Source: Thermaceae bacterium
Lineage (GTDB): Bacteria; Deinococcota; Deinococci; Deinococcales; Marinithermaceae
Direction of reading: 5' to 3'
DNA: 32,000 bases
Assembly: GCA_026984675.1 (NCBI GenBank)
Contig: JALSRQ010000146.1
Location: 1-32,000, forward strand
Both the position numbers and the translations under genes were made by a program. The stretch's first letter is position 1; every line of letters begins with the position of its first letter. The notes under the pieces were generated by a model. It was not told the DNA's origin. It was given only the letters and a program-made list of their open reading frames with translations, and did not search any database. Shown here piece after piece: positions 7,493-16,243 of the stretch.

Positions 7493-7620
7493 TTTCCTAA
7501 CCTCCGTCCATAGTGCGGATCGCCTGTCAGCGCGGTGCCGATCACCACGCGCAAGGCCCAAAGAAAAGCGGTGCCGTTATCACAGAGGAGGCGCCAATAG
7601 CGGAGAAACCGCAGCATCAT
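7489..7620 (-). CDS. 43-aa ORF between the rep and gV-like genes
   Basis: ATG overlaps the rep stop and its TGA overlaps the next ATG (ATGA), which fits a translational-coupling chain. No recognisable motif. Confidence 0.3.
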   Translation of the reverse strand: MMLRFLRYWRLLCDNGTAFLWALRVVIGTALTGDPHYGRRLGK

Positions 7621-8993
7621 GCAGCCACCCCTTGGTAAAGCGCAAGGCGTTCCAGGTAGCGGTGCTCGAAGACGCCGCCGGCCAGGGCCTCGGGAAGTGC
7701 CCGGGGTGAGGTGCGGAATAGGCGGGCGAGAGTGCGCTCGAGGTACTTGCGGGCGTAGGCGACGCGTTCGAGCGCCACACCCTGCATTGCGGCAGCGGAG
7801 AGGATCACGCCCACGGCCTGAGCCAGGAGGCCCTCGGTAGCAGCGCGGAGGGGCCGACGGGCACGCTTGAGGGGAACCCGGACCTGGGCCCAGGCCAGAA
7901 TGACCTCCGTCCAAAGCGGATCTTCCGGCCAGCGGGTCTTCTGCTGGTTCGCGCTCGGAACCCGCAGGCTGAGCCAGTGCGTGGTCAGGTAGTACCAGAG
8001 GGCGCCAAGGTTCTCGACCAAGGTGGGCCACTCATGGAAGTCGAGAAGGCCCTTCTCGGGGTGCAAGAAGGCAGTGAGCACGTCCTTGCGAAGCTGGAAC
8101 TCGACGCGCCAGACCACCGTGTTCTCAAGGTCGAGGCCGAAGCTCGCCGCGTAGTCGCGGAGAAGCTCCTTCGCCTCGGGCTTCTTACGGGCCTCGGCGG
8201 TCTTGCTGTAGATCCGGGCCAGGAGCTTCTTGCTCCCGAACCGGAACGAGGTCCAGCGCGGGCCGCTAAGGTGCACCTGGGCCTCGGCGAGGGCAGAGGG
8301 CGCGGCAAGAAGCGCCAGGCCCTCACCCGTGCACTTAGCGGCCCCCGTGCTACTCATGGGGGGGCCGCCCGCGCCCGGGGCGGCGCTCCCGCGCTCGCCG
8401 CCGGGCGCTTCGGCGGCATCCTCCAAGTAGGCTTGGCGATCGCGGGCACGGGAAACGAAGCGGTAAAGGTCCGGGAGCTCGAAGGGGTGATCCGGTGAGG
8501 CGAAGTCGGCGTAAAGATCCACACGTGAAACGCCGATACGTACAGGGTCGGGATCTTGCAGCCCAGCCCGTGCCATAAGCGCAATCAGCCGGGCAGTGAT
8601 CGCATCGACGATCTCGCGGATATTCCCGCCAAGAGCGCGGATGTAGCGCCCGTGGAGCTCGACACGGACCTGGGCATAGTCGTCCCGCTTTACGGCTGGC
8701 TTCTCTGGGTCTGAGATGCCCAGGAAAAGGGCCTCGTCCCCGAAGACGAGGCCGTAACGGTAATGCCGGACGCGGCGAATCTGGGCCCGCTCAAAGTCGC
8801 GGGGCTCAAGGGTGGCCGGAATGCCAAGGTCAGAGACGTCCACAAAGACCGGGCGGTCGAGATCGGTCTCGTTGCGTTTGACAAGCCCGGCTTCCAGGCG
8901 CTGGTGAAGGTCAGAAGGGAGACTGTAGCGCGGACCCCAGGAGTACCAGAGGACCAACGTGTCCACGCCGTGGGCAAGCGGGGTTGCATTCAT
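7617..8993 (-). CDS. Rolling-circle replication initiator, Rep_trans (RstA/pT181 RepC-like) family, 458 aa
   Basis: The LLARIYSKTAEARKK segment resembles the conserved RxYDK catalytic-Tyr motif of Rep_trans proteins. N-terminal GVDTLVLWYSW resembles the family's DWL motif. First gene of the phage block. No SD, and only about 9 nt from the island edge. Confidence 0.7.
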   Translation of the reverse strand: MNATPLAHGVDTLVLWYSWGPRYSLPSDLHQRLEAGLVKRNETDLDRPVFVDVSDLGIPATLEPRDFERAQIRRVRHYRYGLVFGDEALFLGISDPEKPAVKRDDYAQVRVELHGRYIRALGGNIREIVDAITARLIALMARAGLQDPDPVRIGVSRVDLYADFASPDHPFELPDLYRFVSRARDRQAYLEDAAEAPGGERGSAAPGAGGPPMSSTGAAKCTGEGLALLAAPSALAEAQVHLSGPRWTSFRFGSKKLLARIYSKTAEARKKPEAKELLRDYAASFGLDLENTVVWRVEFQLRKDVLTAFLHPEKGLLDFHEWPTLVENLGALWYYLTTHWLSLRVPSANQQKTRWPEDPLWTEVILAWAQVRVPLKRARRPLRAATEGLLAQAVGVILSAAAMQGVALERVAYARKYLERTLARLFRTSPRALPEALAGGVFEHRYLERLALYQGVAA

Positions 8994-9012
8994 TTGGGTG
9001 CAGGGTAAGGAT
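8984..9012 (+). promoter_or_regulatory. Possible junction-spanning promoter for leaderless asp23-nusB-folD
   Basis: TTGCAT (8984-8989, inside phage DNA over rep codons 2-3), 17 nt, AAGGAT (9007-9012, host side), 7 nt, then ATG at 9020. Confidence 0.25.
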
Positions 9013-9019
9013 GGGGGCG

Positions 9020-9328
9020 ATGGCCGACTACGAGCTTTCCGAGGCCGCCCTGGCGCAGCTGGTGGGGTTTGCCCTGGACGCGGTGGACGGCGTCCGGTTG
9101 GCCTCCGGCAAGGGGCTCGGCGGGCGCCGCCGCCCGGTCCGGCTGGGGCGGGAGGAGGGCGGCATCACCGTCGAGCTGGGGCTGGTCGCCGCCTACGGCC
9201 GGTCTCTCCCCGAGCTCGGCCGCGAGGTCCAGCGGGCGGTGGCCGAGGGCCTCAAGGCCACCGCCGGGGTGAGCGTCCGTCGGGTCGACGTGGTGTTCCT
9301 CGAGGTGGAGCCCGATGAAACGGCGTAG
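9020..9328 (+). CDS. Asp23/Gls24-family (alkaline shock) protein
   Basis: MADYELSEAALAQLVGFALDAVDGV... is a typical Asp23 N-terminus. The ORF-track start at 8984 would overlap the rep start and island edge and is rejected. Overlaps nusB by 14 nt. Confidence 0.8.
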   Translation: MADYELSEAALAQLVGFALDAVDGVRLASGKGLGGRRRPVRLGREEGGITVELGLVAAYGRSLPELGREVQRAVAEGLKATAGVSVRRVDVVFLEVEPDETA

Positions 9329-9749
9329 GGCCCGCGAGCTCGCCTTCAAGGTCCTCTTCGAGCACCTGGTGGGCGGGGTCCCCCTGGAGGAGGCCTGGCG
9401 GCACGCGCTGGAGCTGGAGGAGCCGTCCCCCGACCCCGCCACCCGGGCCTTCGCCGAGCGGTTGGTCGAGGGCTTCCTCCGCCACCGGGAGACGGTCGAC
9501 CGGGTGCTGGCCGAGACCATCGAGGGCTGGAGCTTCTCCCAGATGAACCAGACCGACCTGGTCCTCCTGCGCCTGGCCACCTTCGAGGCCCTCTTCGAGG
9601 ACACCCCCTTCCCGCCGCTGATCGAGGTGGCGGTGAGGATCGCCAAGCGCTACGGCGGCGAGGACTCCGGGCGGTTCGTCAACGGGGTGCTGGCCCGGCT
9701 GATCCAGCGGGTCGAGGCCGGGGAGCTCAAGGCCGTCCCCAAGAGCTAG
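9315..9749 (+). CDS. nusB: Transcription antitermination factor NusB
   Basis: RRARELAFKVLFE N-terminus and KRYGGEDSGRFVNGVLARL C-terminal motif. Conserved asp23-nusB-folD context. Confidence 0.9.
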   Translation: MKRRRARELAFKVLFEHLVGGVPLEEAWRHALELEEPSPDPATRAFAERLVEGFLRHRETVDRVLAETIEGWSFSQMNQTDLVLLRLATFEALFEDTPFPPLIEVAVRIAKRYGGEDSGRFVNGVLARLIQRVEAGELKAVPKS

Positions 9750-9751
9750 CC

Positions 9752-10591
9752 ATGGCCGAGCTCCTCTACGGCGCACCGGTGGCCGAGGCGGTCTACGCCG
9801 AGCTGGCCGATCGCCTGGCCGGGCTGCCCTACACCCCGAGCCTCCACGTGATCCGGGTGGGGGAGGACCCGGCCTCGCTGGCCTACGTGCGCTTGAAGGC
9901 CCGGCGGGCCCGCCGGTTGGGGCTAAGGAGCACCGTCCACGCCCTTCCCGAGACCGCCGAGGAGGCCGAGCTGCTGGGCCTGATCGAGGCCCTGAACGCC
10001 GACCCCGAGGTCGACGGGATCTTGGTCCAGCTCCCCCTGCCCGCCCACATCGCCACCGCCCACGTCCTCGAGGCCATCGCCCCGGAGAAGGACGTCGACG
10101 GCTTCCACCCCCTGAACGTGGGGCGGCTCTGGTCGCGGGGGCCGGGGGTCGGGCTCGACCCCTGCACCCCCGCCGGGATCATGCGCCTCTTGGCCCACTA
10201 CCGGGTGCCGGTCGCCGGGCGCCGGGCGGTGGTGGTGGGGCGGAGCAACATCGTCGGCAAGCCGATGGCGGCGATGCTGCTGGCCGCCGACGCCACCGTC
10301 GCCGTGGCCCACTCCCGGACCCGCGACCTGGCCGCCCTCACCCGCGAGGCCGAGCTCCTGGTGAGCGCGGTGGGGCGGCCCGGCTACCTGAGGCCGGCGA
10401 TGGTCCGACCGGGGGCGGTGGTCGTCGACGTGGGGATCACCCGGGTGGGGGAGCGGCTTTTGGGCGACGCCGACCCCGGGGTGGCCGAGGTCGCCTCCCG
10501 GCTGACCCCGGTGCCCGGCGGGGTGGGGCCGATGACGGTGGCGATGCTGCTTTGGAACACGGTGCGGGCGGCCGAGCGGAGGCGGGGATGA
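9752..10591 (+). CDS. folD: Bifunctional methylenetetrahydrofolate dehydrogenase/cyclohydrolase
   Basis: Motifs VGEDPASLAYVRLK, GILVQLPLP, VVVGRSNIVGKPMA and TPVPGGVGPMTVAML. Confidence 0.95.
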   Translation: MAELLYGAPVAEAVYAELADRLAGLPYTPSLHVIRVGEDPASLAYVRLKARRARRLGLRSTVHALPETAEEAELLGLIEALNADPEVDGILVQLPLPAHIATAHVLEAIAPEKDVDGFHPLNVGRLWSRGPGVGLDPCTPAGIMRLLAHYRVPVAGRRAVVVGRSNIVGKPMAAMLLAADATVAVAHSRTRDLAALTREAELLVSAVGRPGYLRPAMVRPGAVVVDVGITRVGERLLGDADPGVAEVASRLTPVPGGVGPMTVAMLLWNTVRAAERRRG

Positions 10592-11070
10592 AGCTCCCGG
10601 CCGAACTCATCCATAAGCTCGACACCGGCCTGGCCCAGAACCAGGTCTTCTGGACCGCGGTCGCCGCCAACGTCACCGCCCAGGCGCTGAAGATCCTGCT
10701 GGAGTACCTGCTGAACGGCCGCTGGGACCTCCGCCGGCTCCTGGACACCGGGGGGATGCCCTCGACCCACTCGGCGACGGTCAGCGCCCTGGCGGTGGCC
10801 ACCGCCTTCGCCGAGGGCTGGGACAGCCCGCTCTTCGCGGTGGCGGCGATCTTCGCCCTGGTGGTGATGTACGACGCCACCGGGATCCGCCGCCAGGCCG
10901 GCAAGCAGGCCGAGCTCCTCAACCAGCTGGTCCAGGAGCTCCAGGACGTCCTCCAAAAGGGCTTCGCCCCGGGACCCCTAAAGGAGCTCCTGGGCCACAG
11001 CTACCTCGAGGTCCTGGTGGGGGCCCTGGTCGGGGTCCTGGTCGCCTGGCTCGGCTACCGGCTGTTCTAG
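10588..11070 (+). CDS. Divergent PAP2 / DUF212 (acid phosphatase, vanadium-haloperoxidase-related) membrane protein
   Basis: GGMPSTHSATVSALA and MYDATGIRRQAGKQ motifs. ATG overlaps the folD stop (ATGA), so the upstream extension from 10552 is rejected. Confidence 0.8.
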   Translation: MKLPAELIHKLDTGLAQNQVFWTAVAANVTAQALKILLEYLLNGRWDLRRLLDTGGMPSTHSATVSALAVATAFAEGWDSPLFAVAAIFALVVMYDATGIRRQAGKQAELLNQLVQELQDVLQKGFAPGPLKELLGHSYLEVLVGALVGVLVAWLGYRLF

Positions 11071-11134
11071 GGACCCCCGCCCCGGGGGCCCGGGTTAGTA
11101 TTGAACCGAGTATAGGTTTTTCTGGGGGGTAGAG

Positions 11135-13159
<2,025 letters not shown>

Positions 13160-13169
13160 CCGCCCTTTT

Positions 13170-13193
13170 CCGAGTGCAATACTCGGGTATAAT
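13170..13193 (+). promoter_or_regulatory. Operator-like palindrome abutting a consensus -10 box of a leaderless gene
   Basis: CCGAGT-GCAAT-ACTCGG (13170-13186), then TATAAT (13188-13193), 6 nt, ATG at 13200. Confidence 0.5.
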
Positions 13194-13199
13194 CGGGGC

Positions 13200-13565
13200 A
13201 TGAGCGAGGAGACCCAGGCCCGCCGGGCCGAGGAGAAAAAGTCCGAGGAGCTCCCCAAGGTCGAGGCGATCCTCGAGGCCCTGAAGGTGGTCAAGGACCC
13301 CGAGATCCCCGTCAACGTTGTCGACCTCGGCCTCGTCTACAACGTCCACGTGCACCCCAACGGGGTGGTGGACATCGAGATGACCCTCACCGCCATCGGC
13401 TGCCCGGTCCAGGACATGATCAAGGCCGACGCCGAGCTGGCGGTGCTCAAGGTCCCCGGGGTCAAGGGGGTCAACGTCGACTTCGTCTGGAGCCCGCCCT
13501 GGACCCCGGCGCGGATGACCGAGGAGGGCAAGAAGCAGCTCAGGATGCTGGGCTTTAACGTCTAG
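13200..13565 (+). CDS. DUF59 (SufT/PaaD-like) Fe-S cluster assembly factor, 121 aa
   Basis: Motifs VKDPEIPVNVVDLGLVY and TLTAIGCPVQDMI. The longer ORF-track frame from 12735 overlaps the upstream gene and is rejected. Confidence 0.85.
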   Translation: MSEETQARRAEEKKSEELPKVEAILEALKVVKDPEIPVNVVDLGLVYNVHVHPNGVVDIEMTLTAIGCPVQDMIKADAELAVLKVPGVKGVNVDFVWSPPWTPARMTEEGKKQLRMLGFNV

Positions 13566-14500
13566 CCGGGGTCGGGGGCCTCGACCGTCGCCGCCACCAC
13601 CGCGTCGCCGCGGGGGCCCTCGGCGAGGGCCAGGATCCCCTCCGGCCCCACCAGGTTGCTCCGGCCCTCGAAGGGAAGCTCGTAGAAGCGGCCGGTAAGC
13701 ATGGGGTTCAGCCCGTAGCGGAGGTGCTCCCGGCCGGCGATCCGCCTGGCGAGCCCCTCGGCCAGCCAGGCCTCGCCCTCCGTGCGGCGGGGGTCGGGGG
13801 GCCAGGGGCGGTCCCAGGGGGCGGGGTTGGCCGAGGGCTGGACCAAGAGCCAGGCCCCGGCGGCGTCGGCCCGCTCGACCAGGGCCTCGTGGAAGGCGTC
13901 GAGGCAGATCAGGACCGCCAGGGTGCCGATGCGGGTGCGGGCGATCTGGCTGGAGGGGTCGCCGGGGCGGAGCAGCGCCCGCCGTTCCTCGGGCATGAGC
14001 CGCGCCTTCTCGGGCCGGGCCAGCACCCGGCCCTCGGGACCCAGCACCAACCCCAGGTTCCGGGGGGCAAGGGTGAGGGGGTAGAGCCCCCTCGCCGGTT
14101 CCTCGTCGAAGCGGGGGGCGAAGAGCGAGCCCGCCACCAGGTAGGCGCGGTGGCGCCGGGCCGCTTGACGGAAGGCCTCGAGGTAGACCGGCCAGACCGC
14201 CCGGGCCCGCGCCCGGTAGAACCCCCAGGGGCCGAGCAGGGCGCTCCGCCCCAGCCGCCGCGTCCAGGCCAGGGCGGCGGCGAGGAGGCTCGGGGCCTCG
14301 ACGACCTCGGAGGGGGCGTCCAGCCAAAAGAGCAGGGGCAGGGCGTAGAGCTCGGGGAAGGCGACCACCCGGGGCACCCCGGCCGGGGCCCCGGCGAGGG
14401 CGCCGGCCACCCGCCGTTCGACCTCGCCGGCGAACGCCTCGGGGCTCCGGTAGGCCTCCCGTCTCACCTCGGCCTGCACCGCCGCCAGATGGACCCGCAT
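13562..14500 (-). CDS. Carbon-nitrogen hydrolase (nitrilase superfamily)
   Basis: Glu-Lys-Cys context (VVAFPELY, LICLDAF). TAGACT lies 6 nt upstream of the ATG (leaderless geometry). Its stop shares a CTAG with the stop of the convergent DUF59 gene. Confidence 0.8.
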   Translation of the reverse strand: MRVHLAAVQAEVRREAYRSPEAFAGEVERRVAGALAGAPAGVPRVVAFPELYALPLLFWLDAPSEVVEAPSLLAAALAWTRRLGRSALLGPWGFYRARARAVWPVYLEAFRQAARRHRAYLVAGSLFAPRFDEEPARGLYPLTLAPRNLGLVLGPEGRVLARPEKARLMPEERRALLRPGDPSSQIARTRIGTLAVLICLDAFHEALVERADAAGAWLLVQPSANPAPWDRPWPPDPRRTEGEAWLAEGLARRIAGREHLRYGLNPMLTGRFYELPFEGRSNLVGPEGILALAEGPRGDAVVAATVEAPDPG

Positions 14501-14538
14501 CCCCGAAGTCTACCCCCAGGGCTACCCCCGTCGGGTAT

Positions 14539-14552
14539 GTAGGCGCGCCTAC
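14539..14552. repeat. Perfect 14-bp palindrome GTAGGCGCGCCTAC in a divergent intergenic region
   Basis: Read directly. Lies between the CN-hydrolase start (14500) and the disulfide-oxidoreductase start (14643). Confidence 0.8.
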
Positions 14553-14602
14553 GAAGGTTTACAGGGCGAAACCCGTATACTACACTTTGGTATCTGGAGT
14601 AT

Positions 14603-14616
14603 CCCCCCGCGGGGGG
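14603..14616. repeat. Perfect 14-bp G/C palindrome CCCCCCGCGGGGGG in the 5' leader of the 14643 gene
   Basis: Read directly. Ends 15 nt upstream of the GGAGGG SD. Confidence 0.8.
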
Positions 14617-14642
14617 AACCCTGCCCAAAACTGGAGGGAAAC

Positions 14643-15332
14643 ATGCCGCTTTTAGGAGAACAGGAACAGCAGATCGTCCGCGAACGCCTGGGGAACCTCA
14701 CCCGGGACGTGGAGCTGGTGCTCTTCACCGACACCTCGACGGTCATCGCCCCCGGCAAGGAGCCCTGCATCTACTGCAAGGAGACCGAGCAGCTGCTGCG
14801 CGAGATCGAGCCCCTCTCCGACCGGGTGAGCCTGGTGGTCTACGACCTCGCCAGCGAGGAGGGCAAGCAGAAGGCCAACCAGATGCGGGTGGAGGCCGCC
14901 CCCACCATCATCCTCAGGGAGAAGGGTTCCGACGCGGTCAACATCCGCTACCGGGGCATCCCGGCCGGCTACGAGTTCGCCAGCCTCCTCGAGGACATCG
15001 AGATGATCGGCCGCGACGGCCACGGCCTCCCCGACGAGGTGGTAAAGGAGCTCGGCGAGCTGCCCCAGGAGGTCCTCCTCCAGGTCTTCGTCACCCCCAC
15101 CTGCCCCTACTGCCCCCAGGCGGTGCGCACCAGCCACCGCTTCGCCTACGCCTCGCCCAAGGTGATGGGGGAGATGATCGAGGCCCAGGAGTTTCCCTCG
15201 CTGGCCGACAAGTACCACATCTCGGGGGTGCCGGACACGGTGATCAACCACGGGGCCCAGCGGATCCTCGGGGCCCAGCCGGTCTCGGCTTTCCTCGACG
15301 CGATCCGCCGGGCGGTGGGGGCGACCGCCTAA
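14643..15332 (+). CDS. Two-domain glutaredoxin-like protein disulfide oxidoreductase (PDO family)
   Basis: Two thioredoxin-fold units carrying CIYC and CPYC active sites. GGAGGG SD upstream. Confidence 0.8.
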   Translation: MPLLGEQEQQIVRERLGNLTRDVELVLFTDTSTVIAPGKEPCIYCKETEQLLREIEPLSDRVSLVVYDLASEEGKQKANQMRVEAAPTIILREKGSDAVNIRYRGIPAGYEFASLLEDIEMIGRDGHGLPDEVVKELGELPQEVLLQVFVTPTCPYCPQAVRTSHRFAYASPKVMGEMIEAQEFPSLADKYHISGVPDTVINHGAQRILGAQPVSAFLDAIRRAVGATA

Positions 15333-15350
15333 CGACCGCGGGAACGCGGG

Positions 15351-15380
15351 GCGCCGGGATTACCCCGGCGCTTTTCTTTT
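15351..15380 (+). terminator. Intrinsic terminator after the PDO gene
   Basis: GCGCCGGG-ATTAC-CCCGGCGC stem-loop followed by TTTTCTTTT. Confidence 0.75.
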
Positions 15381-15407
15381 CATCGCCGCCTTTTGTAGCA
15401 TACGTCC

Positions 15408-16241
15408 ATGCGACGCCTGGCCCCGGTGGTATGGCTCCTGGCCGTCCTGCTGGCCGCTTGCGGCGGCAAGGGCGCCTACCAGAACGTTTCCCCCGACGAC
15501 CTCAAGGCCCACCTCGACGACCCCCACGCGGTGGTGGTCGACGTCCGTACCCCCGCGGAGTATGTGCAGGGGCACGTGCCCCGGGCGATCAACCTGCCCC
15601 TCCAGGAGATCGAGAACTGGTACAAGGACCTTCCCAAGGACCGCACCGTCTACCTGATCTGCCGCACCGGCCACCGCTCGACCAAGGCCGCGGAGTTCCT
15701 CAAGGAGAAGGGCTTTCGCAACCTCAAGAACGTCACCGGGGGCCTCCAGGCCTGGGCCGGGAAGGGCTATCCCCTCTCCACCGCCCCCGAGGACCCCGCC
15801 AAGGTGCTGGGCAAGGCCCCCAGCGCCCCCAGGATCGCCCTTCCCGACCTGACCCTCAAGCGCTTCGGCGGGGGGCCGGTGCGACTCCGGCAGTTCCTTG
15901 GGCGGCCGCTGGTGATCAACCTCTGGGCCAGCTGGTGCCCCCCCTGCCGGGCCGAGATGCCCCTCTTGGCCGAGGCCCAGGGACGCTACAAGGAGGTCAC
16001 CTTCGTCTTCGTCAACCAGGGCGAGGACGAGGCCACGATCCACAACTTCCTGAGCGAAAAGGGGCTCCCCCTCGGCTGGGTGCTGCTCGACCCCGAGTCC
16101 CGCCTCAGCCACGACCTCAGGGCCGGCGGCCTCCCCACCACCTACTTCTTCGACGCCCAGGGGAACCTGGTCGCGGTCCACCCCGGCCAGCTCTTCCAGG
16201 CCGCCCTCGACGGCTACCTCCAGAAGCTGGCGACGCGCTAG
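15408..16241 (+). CDS. Lipoprotein fusing a rhodanese domain to a TlpA-like thioredoxin domain
   Basis: Lipobox LLAAC. Rhodanese loop CRTGHRS. Thioredoxin WASWCPPCRAEMP. TAGCAT lies 6 nt upstream of the ATG (leaderless geometry). Confidence 0.85.
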   Translation: MRRLAPVVWLLAVLLAACGGKGAYQNVSPDDLKAHLDDPHAVVVDVRTPAEYVQGHVPRAINLPLQEIENWYKDLPKDRTVYLICRTGHRSTKAAEFLKEKGFRNLKNVTGGLQAWAGKGYPLSTAPEDPAKVLGKAPSAPRIALPDLTLKRFGGGPVRLRQFLGRPLVINLWASWCPPCRAEMPLLAEAQGRYKEVTFVFVNQGEDEATIHNFLSEKGLPLGWVLLDPESRLSHDLRAGGLPTTYFFDAQGNLVAVHPGQLFQAALDGYLQKLATR

Positions 16242-16243
16242 CG

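Noticed and set aside
2322-9010. XerCD/dif-type integration (CTXphi-like) or a tRNA-targeted integration
   Set aside because: I see no AT-rich 28-bp dif-like palindrome at either edge. The only tRNA (17853-17940) is 9 kb away and intact.
8984-9019. Longer asp23 start (MHSFGCRVRMGAM...) overlapping the rep start codon
   Set aside because: It would begin inside phage DNA. The Asp23-like sequence begins at MADYELSE, and ATG 9020 has the -10/N7 leaderless geometry.
15431-16243. Upstream part of the 797-aa ORF that fuses onto ggt
   Set aside because: This part is an out-of-frame shadow of the rhodanese-thioredoxin gene (Arg/Pro-rich). GGT homology begins at the GTG at 16244.
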